A stretch of DNA of 64,000 bases from Heteronotia binoei (lineage: Eukaryota): contig NC_083236.1 in assembly GCF_032191835.1 (NCBI RefSeq), positions 24,986,001 to 25,050,000 of the forward strand, written 5' to 3'. The notes under the pieces were generated by a model. That model was not told where the DNA came from. It was given only the letters and a program-made list of their open reading frames with translations, and did no database searches. This document shows, piece after piece, positions 12,113-26,256 of this stretch. A program made the translations under genes and the position numbers. Every line of letters starts with the position of its first letter. The first letter of the stretch is position 1.

Positions 12113-15100
12113 AGAGAGGCAGAACCCCACAACAACATTTTGCACCCACCCCATTTCCATATGTAAGATTTTCAGCCATAAGATCAGGCTTTTCATCAAT
12201 GCACTAAAAATGTAGTTTCACCCTGAGCCCTTTGGATAGGGCAGCATAAATTTATTTCAAAACAATACATTCCAAAATTGGAGCTTGCCTTGTCCATTGC
12301 CACTGTGCAGAACTAATGCCAAGTTGAGACCATGACCCCAAGATCTTTCCCCCCGCTATATACTTGCAGACAATGCAGACTGGTTCAATTTCTCAGTATT
12401 TCTCCTGTGATCTACATCCCACCACAATTTTAATCATTATCCTACAGTCACGGTATAATGAGTAAAGTAACAAAACTGCGACAAATACTAAAAATGCTAT
12501 AATTAGCATCAGAAGCCAAAAGGTTTTGAAGAAAGAAACTGCCTTTAACAAAAAAATCCTAAATGCTGTGTACAAATCAAGATTCTGATGCTTTGCATGT
12601 CACAACAAACAGGCTTTGCCAGTTGCACCCTGTTATTTTGTTTAAAATGGTGTTTCACTCCAAGGAGCCTTCTGTGGCATTACAACCAAAGTGATCTGAG
12701 GACTGCAATCAAAGCCTTGAAAATCAAAATAATAAACTCAGTCTGCAAGAGAGAGAGAGAGGAAAAATAGTAAAGACAGAAAAAGAAATGTGGGGGAGGG
12801 GAAGGGAATTGCATTGATTCAAAACATATGGGAACAAATGAGAAGGAATTAAAAAAACGCAGAACAAAAATAAAGACGAAGAAATGGGAACAAGTAAACA
12901 ATAAGGGAAGGAAAACAAAACAAAATATTAAGACTAACCGGAATTTACATCGGGAAGGAAACTGTCAGCAAATGAGATGGCACTCATAGATGAAAAAATA
13001 CAACTCTTCAGATTTAATACTTATTAAAAGCCATATATGTACATACTTTTAACAATGTTGAAGGTCCTTAAGAAACAGTCACATTGGTTGAATGTAATCA
13101 AGCTTTTTGTTGCCAAAAAAGGAAAGACGGGTTCCCTTTGGACAGCCCCAAAAGCTATGCTGGTAGGATTGCTAGCCAAGCATTGGCAACTGACAGGAGG
13201 CAGGGACGATGCAAATCTCTAGTGCAGGGGTCCCCAACCATTTTGACTCTGTGTACAGCTTTGGAATTCCGACACAGTGTGGCTAGTGCAGCCACAAAAT
13301 GGCTGCTGCAAGAGGAGGAGCTAGGGATGCCAGCCTCCAGGCACCACAAACTGCATCAAAATTTGTAATTCTGGATCCCCCAGAATTACAAGTCATCTCC
13401 AGGCTATCACTTCCCTTGGAGAAAATGGATGCTTTTGAGGGTATACTGTATGGCATTGTATCCCACCAAGGTCCCTGTCCTCCTCAGGCTTCATCTCCAA
13501 ATCTCCAGGAGTTTCCCAACCTGGCTCTGCAACCCTACCACCAAGATCCCTATATACTGGGCACCACAAACCCTGCATGGACAAAAGCCACAAGGGACAG
13601 AGGGGAAATGGGCCAGATTGAGTGAAAAAAATGGCTGGATCCAAATCCATCTCTGCCCTGCATCAGTTAAAGGTCTCATTACCTACTTTTCCATGTTCCT
13701 ATAGAGAAAGTCACTGTGCTCCACTGAATGGAAGAGTTTTTTATTCCATACTACAATGAACAAAAATGGTGGCCCCCGGGGTGGTGGGGGTGGTGGAACG
13801 CAATGGCTCAAACTCACAGTTTTTTAAATGAAGTAATGAAAACCACAAAACCAAACTTTTCTGGTAATCAGCGCACTGGATCATTGCTTAAAACATTTTC
13901 AGTAAACGTTTTATCTTTCTTGGTTTTGTTTGCTCCTCTCATGGCTGCGGTCTACGAAGGAAATAAAAAGGAAACCCAATCAGGAGAAATTCCTGAGGTT
14001 TTCCTTGACACCTAACAAGTTTCAGCTGCTGGGACAACTTTGGCATAATCAAGATCTCCCTGACTTTAGTTATCCCTTCCTCTAGAGCTAGGATTGCCTC
14101 TGACTTCAATTAACCCAGCAATAACAGATTCTCATTATAAAGGTCAGTTTAGGAATGGATTTTTTTTTTACAGCCAGCATTTATTGCTTCTTCTGGCCTG
14201 AATTATTCCTCCTAATTTCCTACCTAATTTAAAGTGCATAAAACACATGAGTAAGAGGATCATTCTTCTTTATCTACATCTGTCAGGAATTGCATTTTTA
14301 CTCTTCAGTTGCTGCAAGAAGTTCAAGACAGTGCATTTAAGATATTCTCTGGTTACCAACCTCCAGGTGAGTCTGCAGATCTCCCAAAATTACAGCTGGC
14401 CTCCAGACTTCTCAGTTGCCTGAGAGGAAATAGTGGCTCTGGAGAGTGGACTCTATGATATCACACACACACCCCACTGAGGACCCTCTCCTCCTCAAAC
14501 AACACTGTCCCCAGGCTTCACCTCCCCAAATCTCTAGGAGTTTCCCAAGTCAGCACTGGCAACCTCAAGAAGATGATTTGGGAGAGAAATCTTTGCAAGG
14601 AGATTTCCACCTAGTCAAAACAGCATTTAACTGATTAATGTCCTATTGCACTTAATGCATTAATTGTTTGAATTGAGTTAATTTGAAAACTTCTTAAAGG
14701 GGTCTTTTTGTAAGAAGTGGGTGGGTTCCAGCTTCAGTGGTAGAGCACCTGCTTGGCATGCAGAAGGACCCATGTTCAGTCCCCGGGTCTCCAGTTAAAA
14801 CAAGGTTGCCACCTCTGAGTTAAGAGATTTTGGGGGTGGAGCCTGAGAAGGGCAGGGTTTGGAAAGGACAGGAATATGGTAGATTCCAAAAGCCTACTTT
14901 GCTAGATTTTGCCCATGTAAGTGAACGTGTATTGAAACAATTCTACATCTTCTTTTATTGGACCCTATTCTTGAAAATAAGACAGGATTGCTTGATTATA
15001 TTAAGGTCCAATATATTTTGAAATACGTTTTCCTGGCATAACTGAGAAAGATGCTTCATTTCTTCAATGTGCCATAAAGATCCCTCAAGACAAGGCACAG

Positions 15101-16635
15101 TGAGAATTATATTTAAATTTTAACTGAATAACTCTTTCTTTCTCATCTTATTCTGACAATGATGCACTTTGACTTAGCTTACTCGATATGCCATTAAAGG
15201 TTTGACTGATTGATTAGTTCAATGGAGTATAATGCCATAGAGTCCACATTCCAGAGCAGCCATTTTCTCCAAGTAAGGCGATCTCTGTCACCTGGAAATC
15301 AGTTGTAATCCCAGGAAATCACCAGCTACCACCTGGGGGTTGGCAACACTATGTTAAAAGGATCAGGTAGAAAATGAAATAAAAGACCTCAACCTGAGAT
15401 CCTGGAAAGCTGCTACCAGTCAGATGAGTCAATATTGACCTTGATAGACCAATGGTATTTAGGGATGGGCACAAATTGAATTTTTGTGGTTTGGCTCGTG
15501 GCTGAACCATGAACCGAACCACAAACCAACAGTTCAGTTCACAAACTGAACTGGTTCATATCAGTTCATATCAGTTCATGAACCATTTAAACATTAAACC
15601 CTTGCTTTCTGATCACTGGGAAAAGCTCCCCACCACTCAGCTGTTTTTTGTGAAGAGCAGAAACCAGCGGTTTAGATGGCTGATACCATTTAAGCCCCTA
15701 TTTTCTGCTCTCTGCAACCACCAGAAACTGCATCAAAATTTGTTATGAACTTTCATTCGTAAGCTGGTTTGTACCTATCAATGGTATAGACAGCTCCATG
15801 TGTTCAAGAGAAACTGCATTGTTTGATAAAGTGAGAACGTACAATCAGTAGATAGCACTGACTTTAAAAAAATGGCCACCGTTCCTATTTTCTTTTTTAT
15901 GATAATGTCAGGACCAAATGGAACAAAAAATGGTGCCATTAAATCTCAGCCCCTTCAAGTAAAGTGTGCTCCCTTTTTGCTATACAGTTGTTAAGTCTGG
16001 GCTGGGAAATTCCTGGAAGTTTTTTTTTGGGTGGGGGGGCTGTGGAGGATGGAGGCCAAGGAAGGGAGGGCTCTCTGCAGGAATGTGAGGCCACAGAGTC
16101 TGTCTCCAAACTGCCATTTCTTCTAGGGTAACAGATCTCCAGAGTTTGGAAGTCAGTTGCAATTCTAGGGGCACTCCAGGCCCCACTTGGAGAGTGGCAA
16201 CTTTAGCTATAGTGGTCACATGTTTTTGCTGTTGTCTTTCCATGTGATAACACTCCCCAAACTCTTAAACTTCTAAGGAACACTTTAAAAAAAATAAAAA
16301 TTGAAGCTACCCTTATGCTTGAAAAGATTTCCTTTTAGCACGTCCAATGGTAAGATCTTCTTACTCACAGTAGAGCCCATCCCTAGTTTTATGGTTCTGG
16401 ACCTGTCTCCCAAATGTAAGGCAGAAAAGCCCAAATCCTCATGTGAGGGAAGAGCATTGTATTCAGCACCAGGAGAGATCAGTTATTCAATCACACTCAA
16501 CCCAAAAAGACACCAGAGATTGCAATCCAGCCAGCAGGAGGAAGGCAAGACCAGAACAGCAACTCATTCAAAGAGGGAGGAGGCAACCCTCTTATTTAGA
16601 TAGTAACTTTGGGCTGACAGGACTTCCTCCTCATT

Positions 16636-16921
16636 GGGCGTTTTCGCACTGACCTTAATCAGCAGCGACGCCCCTCTTCACCATGCAGGATCGGCGCGGA
16701 TTTCGCACTAGTTGCCGCGGAGCACCCGGAAGAGCCGGAAAGTCCCGCGGCTTTTGCGGCGCAAATGGAAACTGGTTTTGGGCGGTTTCCGTTTGTGCTG
16801 CAAAAGCCGCGGGACTTTCTGGCTCTTCCGGGTGCTCCGCGGCAATTAGTGCGAAATCCGCGCTGATCCTGCGCGGTGAAGAGGGGCATCGCTGCTGATT
16901 AAGGTCAGTGCGAAAACAGCC
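16636..16921. mobile_element. Palindromic MITE (PIF/Harbinger-like)
   Basis: Near-perfect 286-bp inverted repeat, ends GGGCGTTTTCGCAC/GTGCGAAAACAGCC; CpG-rich; TSD not preserved. Confidence 0.8.
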
Positions 16922-19347
16922 AGAAAGTAAGCTAGAATTTTACTGGCCTAGCTAGAATCTCACATTCCTGGTCTGTTGCCAAGAAGAGAGGTATATAAAA
17001 CCAGAATGAAAAATATGTAATATATTTTTCATTCAGCTTCATGTCCTTACAGTTACTTTCTTAAAGAGATCATATGTGAGAATCACTCTTCATATTTCTG
17101 AAAGCATTGTGTGTAGCTTCCTCTTTTTAAAAATCTAAACAGAAAACCAAAAAAACTCTCCCCTTAGCAGACAGGACTTTGGTTTGTCATTTACTGGCAC
17201 CTAGAGAGAGAGAGAGAGAGAGCCTAAAGTACAAGCAGTTTTAGACGCCTTTATCATTTATCTAGAAAACTGCATGTTTAGTATCAACTAGCTTAGATAA
17301 GTTCTGATCAATCAGTTAAAATAGCTCTAGGTTGACAATCTCTTGGTGATGTAAAAACATCAGCAATGAATATAAGAATCAGTAGAAAACCTTCAGTATA
17401 GGATACCAAGAATCCTATCAGAATAGTGGGCACTGATGGATTCTGTAATGAAATAGTGTTATAACTCTGCCAGTCCCTTTCAGCAAAATGTCTTCAGGCA
17501 TAATCTAACCAAAGTTGGTTTTGCCCCACTGCTTATATATAACATCATGGTAAACTAGTGTAACTGCCCTGAGATGTGATAATAACGAACATTGGTCCTG
17601 CGTTGTGTGAAAAATTAATCATCTTAGTTTTATGTTTGACATTTGGAACATACTTAAATTTACCACAAAGGACTACCGTGTGAGGGAAGTTAGCATAATT
17701 TTTTTAAAGCTCTAGATTGTGAAGGAGTGTGAACTCTTTTTTGCCTCAGAAGTTCCTTGCTCTTGGCAAACAGAAGACAAGGTGTGACACAAAACAGCTC
17801 CTTCCTAGGGTTGCCAGCTTCACCTTGGGAAGGTTCTGGGGATTTGAGGGTGGTGCCTGGGGAGGGCAGAGCTTGGTGAGTGAAGGGAGCTCAGCAGGGA
17901 TGTGATGGCTTAACTCCTGCCTCTAAAGTTGCCATTGTCAACAGAGGAACTGATCTCTGTAGTCTGGAGTTCAGCTGGAATTCCAGAAGAACTCCAGGCC
18001 TTGCTAGGCAATTGCCAACCCTAGCAGCCTTTGAGGGAAAAAAATTATGCACCTTTCTACCCAATCAGGGTTTACAAGGCTGGGAACAGAAAGCAGGGGT
18101 TTAAAGAGACATGGGGTCCCTTTAAAACCCCGCTTTCTGCTCAAACCACCACAAACTGCTTTAAAAGTTCATGATGGGAGACCCACCACAAACTTCAGTT
18201 CAGAAACCACAAACAGGGCAAAATTTGTGACAAATTTTGCTTCATGGTTTGGTTCCTGCTCATCCCTAACTCTGACATGGGATTTCTTCAGTTCAGCCCA
18301 GCAAGGCAATTCTTCAGCCTATCAGAAACACCACACTGGTTTATATTACAGTAATCAAATCAGGTTGGACTAGCCTGCAATTACTTTGGAATCCTGGCTG
18401 GGATCAGGAGTCAGGAACTGCACTGCCGACATTCTCCATCCCTGCTCTTACTACTGGAGCAAATCTTAAGTCATCTAATTTTTCCACATTAGTGGTTTGC
18501 CACTCATCTTAATTTGTTAATTACCAAGTGGGAAGATGGAGTTGATTAACCGAGGTTTCCCCACATCTCTCGCTGTTCTGTTATGACTGGGAGTGTATGC
18601 AAGAAAACAAAATTCAATAAAACACAGTAAAACATTGTGTTCCTTTGGTACTTTGAGAAGTGGCAGCCCTGGATTTACTCAGGGCCACTTTTATGGCTGA
18701 AGGGCTGGGAGTTGGCAAAAGGAGAAAGATTCCCTTGGCTTTGTGGTGATGGTGAGCGGCCTTGGCAATTGGCTCCAGTAGCACCACAGGCAGCCAGTCA
18801 GGCATTTGGCCTGGTCACAGGGGGGTGGGGCTTTCAGGCAGACCTGGAGGCCAAAGTCTTCACTCTGCCCCTCCTTCCTTAAAGAAGCTGCAGCTGGGAC
18901 CTCTAGCTGATTGGCTCCAGCTTCCTCACCCGCTCTCCATTGGTCTCACCCCTTTGTGACATTTGTTGTAGAAATTCTGACATGCTCTTTTCACTGCTCT
19001 TCTTGAATAAATAGGCCATTTGGCTGGATCCAGTGTTGGGGGAAGGTTGTCCCTGTGTGCATACCTCCTCTAGTCTGGGAGCCCCATAATGGCTCATGGG
19101 TGTGGCCATTCAGCGATATGTCACCTAGGTCTCACCCACATATAGCAAGAGAACTATGCAGTGACTTGCATCCTTGCAGGTTCTCAGGACTTGCCATCTG
19201 GCAGAGGTGGGCTGGGTGAGTGGTTGGTGCCATTGATTAACAGGCAAGTCCATTGCTACACCAATATCCCTGTGATTCTTTCCAGTAAAAGCTGTGGACT
19301 CTCTCCAGTTATGTGTTCGGCTTTGTTATTTCTCTTTGGATCCTCGC

Positions 19348-19569
19348 CAGGGCTATTTTTATGGCAGGAATTTATTTGCATATTAGGCCACACCCCCTCA
19401 TATGTATCCAATCTCCCAAGAGCTTACAGTGCTCTTATTACAGGGCTCTTATTACAGGGCTCTTATTACAGGGCTTATTACAGGGCTCTTGGAGGACTGG
19501 CTACACCAGGGGTGTGTGGCCTAAAATGCAAAGGAGTTCCTGCTCCAAAAAAAAAAAAAAAATGCCCTG
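19348..19569. mobile_element. hAT-like MITE with internal 14-bp tandem repeat
   Basis: CAGGGC...GCCCTG ends; TSD ATCCTCGC/GTCCTTGC (6/8); about four copies of TATTACAGGGCTCT at 19436-19490. Confidence 0.8.
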
Positions 19570-21759
19570 GTCCTTGCTCCCTATCTTGCCCCTAGGATCA
19601 CAAGTAGTGTGCTTTCTTGAGACATGTAGTATCTATCTCTCATCAGAGACCTGGAATAAAATTGGAGTTCCTTAGAGACTTTGGGGTTCCTCAGAACCTT
19701 ATCAGATGATCCTCAGTGTTCCCAGGAATAATGGAAGAGATTTCAAGGATGACAGCTTACTGACCAGTGCCAATCTGCCCCTACAGTTTTCAGGCTCAAG
19801 AGAGAACTGGGTGGGTTTGAGGCCACATTCTCCAACTGCTTGCATGAACTCACATTTAAGCTACCAACTAACCCTATGCAGCAACTTGCATGAAGAGAAT
19901 ATGCACCCAAATCTCTCCCCAGAACCCTCTTGAAGTATGCAGAGTGTCCATAGCAGATGTGCGGACAAGCAGATGTGGAAAGTATTCTCGGAAGTCTGAA
20001 AACCAGAGTCACTGGGCAAAATCCAGAAACAAATTCAACGAAGCCTGGATTCCGTTGAAGTCAATTATGACTGCAGCAATCATTTAAGCATTGAACTTTG
20101 CAGCTGCATGCACACTTGCTTAGGACAAACCCTGCTGAATTCAGGTTTAGCTGATGCTAAAAGATGCAAACCTGTGCCAACGATGTACTACAGGGTGCGG
20201 GGATCCCCTGATGGAATGCTCCTCCCTACAAAAGAATTCCCTGCAGGTAGAAAGCCAGATGTCAGGGAGAAGAATTTTAACCTAGCTTTCTTTCCGACAA
20301 AGCATTAAAGTCATGTAAATCCCCAGCTGCTATCTGAAAAGTACAGCCTGGACTTCAGTGAGACTTAACTTGCAAGCAGAAGTGTGTGTTACTGAACTAC
20401 ATGTCTTGAGAGGGAGGCAGGGCCTGTGCACTAATTATGCCTTACATTCATACTCTTTGGGAAAGAGCCTCAGCATCATGACGCAAGATAAACAGTCTGC
20501 TGGTTAATGCTGCCTGGCCCAGCCCTATATTTTTAAAGGAATTCACCAATGCAGCTGATACACGGAAGTGTTATTAGCTCCTATTGGGGCTGTTTACAAG
20601 ATGAAAAAACCACAGAAAGTTATTAGCAACAGCTGCTGTTATGTATGGGAGGGCCATTCCATGATCAAATATTTTCACACACCACAGGTGGTAAAGGGAC
20701 ATGAATGGGAAATGCTCACAGCCAAGAGGGCTTACCCACCACCAACATTATTTCAGCACCAGTATTATTAGCTCCTGTAACTCTAGAGTACGTATTACCA
20801 TATGTGGCATTAGAAATAAATTCCTTGTTGAGTGTTTACATGGTCGAAAGCAACAAATAATATGGGCACAGCAGCATTCATGCTGTGTTTGTGTGTGGGG
20901 GGGAGAAACCTGCACCAAGAACTGCAATCTGTATGGATTACGGACATTTGTACAATTGCTTTTTTTTTTTTTTATGTGTGGACCACAGAAGTCCCACAAC
21001 TGGAAATCATATTCCACAATTCCTTTGCCTGCTGAGGTTTCTATAAGGATTCTCCATACACTTCATAAGATACATTTTCAGATGTATCTTAACAATCGTG
21101 GGGGCTAGAAGCTTCCTTTCTTAAGTGAAGACTGAGATTCTCTGGAAGCCAGATTCTTCATTCCCCCCACAAAGCCATAAACTCCCAGTTTCCCTACCAC
21201 AGCCCTGACTAGAGGTGCATTCTTGCCACTGCAGATGTCTGACCCAGCATATGGATTCTGTATAAGAGCAGGAAATCTTTAAAGACCTGAAACTCCATGG
21301 CTGGTTACAGGCAGCCAGTTTAAGCCACCTCAGGGACACCCCATGACCAGACCAAAAAAGTGTGTTGAAATGCAACATCTGGATCCCACCCCACTCCCCC
21401 CTTACCCATCATTCCACAGCCTCAAAAAGCTACCACATACAAAAAGGTAACAAAATGGCAGGAAATTGGCAAGGCACTTCCAGGGCTCCTTTCCTGGCTG
21501 TCTGAACAACCGGGGAGCACCCGGGAAGCAGCGTTCAACTGCATGAGTGGTATACCTGCTCCTCCAGGGTGTGTGCAGCCATCCCTGTTCTCGTCAGGGC
21601 CCATGCACCATCTGATCACCCTGTCTGTTAGCTTACTTCCAGGATGGGAGGCTGCTGCCCCAAGCTGGCATGAGTGATAGCACAGTCTCATCCTCATTTA
21701 TCTGGACATTTGTTCTATGTGTGTTCAAGCTTGGCTTGGGACTGTAGAACTTAGAATTG

Positions 21760-22582
21760 TAGAACCTGGAACCAGAGAGGATTGTGAGGAACTCCAAAGA
21801 GATCTGTTGAGGCTGGGTGCGTGGGCATCAACGTGGCAGATGAGGTTCAATGTGGCCAAGTGCAAAGTAATGCACATTGGGGCCAAGAATCCCAGCTACA
21901 AATACAAGTTGATGGGGTGTGAACTGACAGAGACTGACCAAGAGAGAGATCTTGGGGTCGTGGTAGATAACTCACTGAAAATGTCAAGACAGTGTGCGTT
22001 TGCAATAAAAAAGGCCAACGCCATGCTGGGAATTATTAGGAAGGGAATTGGAAACAAATCAGCCAGTATCATAATGCCCCTGTATAAATCGATGGTGCGG
22101 TTTCATTTGGAATACTGTGTGCAATTCTGGTCACTGAACCTCAAAAAGGATATTATAGCACTGGAAAAAGTCCAGAAAAGGGCAACTAGAATGATTAAAG
22201 GTTTGGAACACTTTCCCTATGAAGAAAGGTTAAAACGCTTGGGGCTCTTTAGCTTGGAGAAACGTCGACTGTGGAGTAACATGATAGAGGTTTACAAGAT
22301 TATGCATGGGATGGAGAAGGTAGAGAAAGAAGTATTTTTCTCCCTTTCTCACAATACAAGAACTTGTGGGCATTCAATGAAATTGCTGAGCAGTCGGGTT
22401 AGGACAGATAAAAGGAGGTACTTCTTCACCAAAAGGGTGATTAACATGTGGAATTCACTGCCACAGGAGGTGGTAGCAGCTACAAGCATAGCCAGCTTCA
22501 AGAGGAGATTAGATAAAAATATGGAGCAGAGGTCCATCAGTGGCTATTAGCCACAGTGTGTATATATATGTGTATATATATG

Positions 22583-22621
<39 letters not shown>

Positions 22622-22682
22622 TGGCCACTGTGTGACACAGGGCCATTGGCCTGATCCAACATCGTTTCTCTTATGTTCTTAT
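21760..22682 (+). mobile_element. CR1 LINE, 5'-truncated (ORF2 C-terminus and 3' UTR)
   Basis: ORF 21717-22550: WQMRFNVAKCKVMH, ERDLGV, RFHLEYCVQFW, YEERLKRLGLFSLEKRRL; tail CTTATGTTCTTAT. Confidence 0.95.
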
Positions 22683-22769
22683 CTTGCGCCTTATATCTGA
22701 CAGTCTTAAAGATGACAGGGATGGCACCTTCAAGATATTCATATGTGCACTACAGAACTAATGTGGAAT

Positions 22770-22990
22770 AATAGTTCAAGAGTCAGACTAGTATCTGGGA
22801 GACCTAGGTTCAAATCCACACTCTGCCATGGAAGCTTCTCTGGGTGATCTTGGGCCACTCACGCACTCTAAGTCAAACCTAACTCACAGGGTTGTTAATA
22901 TAAAATGGAGGCAAGGAGAACAATGTAAGTTGCTTTGAGTCCCCATTACGGAGAACGGCAGGCTTGTAAATGAAGTAAGTAAATAAATAT
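22770..22990 (+). mobile_element. MIR/Squam3-like SINE
   Basis: B-box GTTCAAATCC, CTAACTCACAGGGTTGTT core, TAAA tail. Confidence 0.7.
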
Positions 22991-23436
22991 AATGTGTTCT
23001 GACTCAGACTCTTTAGGATGCATGTATACAATGCACAATAAATTTGGAGCACCGTCTTCATCTATTCTCATTTCTAGCAAGGCGCATCTGGAGGAAGTGT
23101 ATATCAGGCAAGAGAATCAAGGAGCTGAATCAGTTGGATTTGGGCCTTGGACCATAACTAGGGTGGCCATGTCCCCCCAGCAACTGGCCAGGGAAGGAAT
23201 GATAGGGTTTCCAGATCCAGTTTGGGAAACCACTGCTGGAAATTTTTGGGGCAGAGCCTGGAAAGAACAGGGACCTAAGTACAGTACAATGCCATATAGA
23301 ATCTACTCTCCAAAGCACCCGTTTTCTCCAAGGAAACTGATATCTGTGGTCTGGAGATGAGTTGTAATTCCAGTGGATCCCCAGGTCCCACCTGGAGGCT
23401 GGCGTCCCTGACAAATAATACAGAGAGCACTGAGGT

Positions 23437-23870
23437 CAGGAACACAAAATCTCCTCTCTATCCCCGGGCCAAAAGAAGCCCGCCTGAAAGTCACTCGAGA
23501 TAGGGCTTTCTCCGTTATGGCCCCCACTTGGTGGAATCAGCTGCCGGAAGAGGTGAGGGCCCTGTGGGACTTGGCTCAATTCCGCAGGGCCTGTAAGACG
23601 ACCCTCTTCCGGCTAGCTTACACCTAGCCGGGATGGAACCTGACGTAACTGGCCTGCCATCTGTTTATATAAAATGATATGTTATTGGTTTTAAGCTGCA
23701 TTGTTTTTATGAATTGAAATGTATTGGTTTTAATGTTTAAATGTGAAGTATTTAATTGTTTATATTTAAATTGTTAAATTGTTATTGTTGGAAGCCGCCC
23801 TGAGCCACTCGTGGGAAGGGCGGGATACAAATCCCGAATAAATAAATAAATAAATAAATAAAATAAAAAT
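23437..23870 (+). mobile_element. L2 LINE 3' fragment
   Basis: Encodes IPGPKEARLK.TRDRAFSVMAPTWWNQLPEEVR; (AATA)n tail; same subfamily as 4946-5700. Confidence 0.9.
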
Positions 23871-26256
23871 AAGGCCAGCCCACTTTTTAGCATTGTCCCT
23901 TATCTCTCCTCTTCCCCAGTGGTCTTACCCTCTCCTATTTACCCAACTTCGCCCTTCATCCACAGTCACTGAGAACTATGTCCTTACTGTTTGAAACCCA
24001 GCTTATCCTCTCAGCTCCTGAAAAAACCATTATTAACCATTCCTGGCTACAGAACTCCCCACCATACACATATAATTGTTCTCCACAGAAACCTCTAGCC
24101 TTTCATTTTGTACCACAGGGCTGAGAATCATGCAAGTGTGTCCATGTGCAGCAAGAACGAAAGAGTTCTACGAATGCCAGATGTTTTCTATCACAAGAAA
24201 GGACCCTTACTCCAGACCACACTGCAGCTCATTGAAAATAATTGGACACACATTCCCATAGCATCCACTCTGTGCCTGAAGTTCCAGGAGTAATTCCCAT
24301 TACCATGTTTGACACAATTAAGTGATTGCTTGTTTTCCCAACTCACATTCTTGTATATCCAGAGTCACGGATGTTCCCCCATTTCCATGAGCTCCACAGA
24401 ATAGCCCCAGCATCTCCCAAGTTAGTTCATAGAGCCATATGAGACAGAGTGACCAAGAGCCTTGAGCAAAGGAAGTTCTCAAATCAAATCTCCACCCTGC
24501 AGTGAACTCACACACCCACAGTGCTTTCCTCTTCCCCAGTGGCCAACCCTTTCAAATGTTCAACCTCAAATCCTTCCCTGCCTCTGGAGATTTAGAACTC
24601 CTAATATTTGCATCTCATACAGTTTGCTTGAGAGCTGCTATTGTACGCACAGGATAAGATCCAAAAGGACATGCTCCATCACAGGCAAAGGACCACCTAC
24701 TGTTACCAACTCGGGTTGGGAAATTCTTGGATATCTTTGGAAGCAATCTGGGGAGGGCGGGGTTTGGAAAAGGGATGGACCTCAGCAGGGTATGATACCT
24801 TAGATCCCACCTTTCAAAGCAGCCATTTTCTCCAGGGGAAGGGATTTCTGCAGTCTGGATATGAGCTGTAAATCTGGGAAAACTAAGTCCCACCTAGAGG
24901 TTGGCAGCCCTAGACACCACACAACCTAGTAACATTCTCAATTTTGTATCTAAGATCAGGGGACCCCATAGCAGTTCTCCATCTCCTCATTCAGATCAAG
25001 ATTGTCTAACCCATTGCCCCCCCCCTCAAAATCTTAGAACCCCACCAGACACGCTCAGAACACCATAAAGTCGTTATGCTACTATTATGGCTCTTTTTTA
25101 CTTCTCCACAATTGTCGTTCCTCACACTATATTTATTTGCTTATTTGTTTTTACTCCAGTCATTCCTTCAAGGAACTCATGGCAGTAGATACATCACACT
25201 CCCCTCCTCCATCTTATGCTCACAATAACTCTGTGAGATAGGTTAGGCCAAAAGTGTGTGACTAAGTCAAGGTCGCCCAGCAAAGTTCATGAAGGAGGAG
25301 GAGTTGGTTTTACATGCCACTCTTCCCTGCACCACCTGAATGACTCTGGGAATAGCTCACCATCACCTTCCCTCCCTCTCCCTACAACAGGCATCCTGTG
25401 AGGTAGGTGGGGTTGAGAGAGCTCTAACAGAACTGTGACTGTGGAGGAGCTTCATGTGGAGGAGAAGCAGGGAATCAAACCCAATTTTCCAGATTAGAGT
25501 TCACAACTCTTAACCACTGTCCCCAAACTGGCTCTCATGGTGGAGTAGGGATGGGCATCTGGATCTTCCAGATTCCAGCCCAACACTTCAATCAATGTGC
25601 CAAGCTAGTTCTTTGCACTTGCAAATCTGGATGGCAACAAACAGGATTTTTATGCACAATCATACCCCAACATGGCCATCATCACTTAAGGAGAAACAAA
25701 TAAATAAGAATAAAGCCTCCATTAACTTGCCTTGAATTCAGCAGGAGCTCACAGGAGTGCAGCTCCTGAACCTTTCTGAGGGTTCCCCCTCCTCCTCCCC
25801 ACCTACTTTGTCCACTGAATAGTAGGTGCGGCTGCATAACAATCCCTGGATTAGGAGAGCAGGCAGCCAGCTAGCCACCAGGGGTTTTGTCACACCCCAA
25901 ACAGCCATTGTTAACCCCTGGAGAAGCCCCTGGCATCCTTTTCTCCATTTCTTATGTGATTTTGAGCAGTGGGTGGCTTGCTGGCCTTTTGACTGGGGGG
26001 GGGGTCGGCTTTGCTCACCCGAAGCTCTCTTTTCTAGCTTCGGGTTCCTTTTGGATGGTGGGGGGGCAGCATATGCTAATGAGTTATGTTAATGAGCTCC
26101 ACCACCTATTTTTCTACAAAACCACCCCTGCATACAAGTGTGTTCCCTGCTTAATTCTCAGATATATACAGTACAGGAAGACACAGGACATCCTGAATTA
26201 AGCCAACAGAAGCATTCTACCTCACAGATTTCCCTTCGCCAGACCAGGGCTGGCAC

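Noticed and set aside
21717-22550. 277-aa ORF as a host gene
   Set aside because: It is the C-terminus of CR1 ORF2, with a chance in-frame extension upstream.
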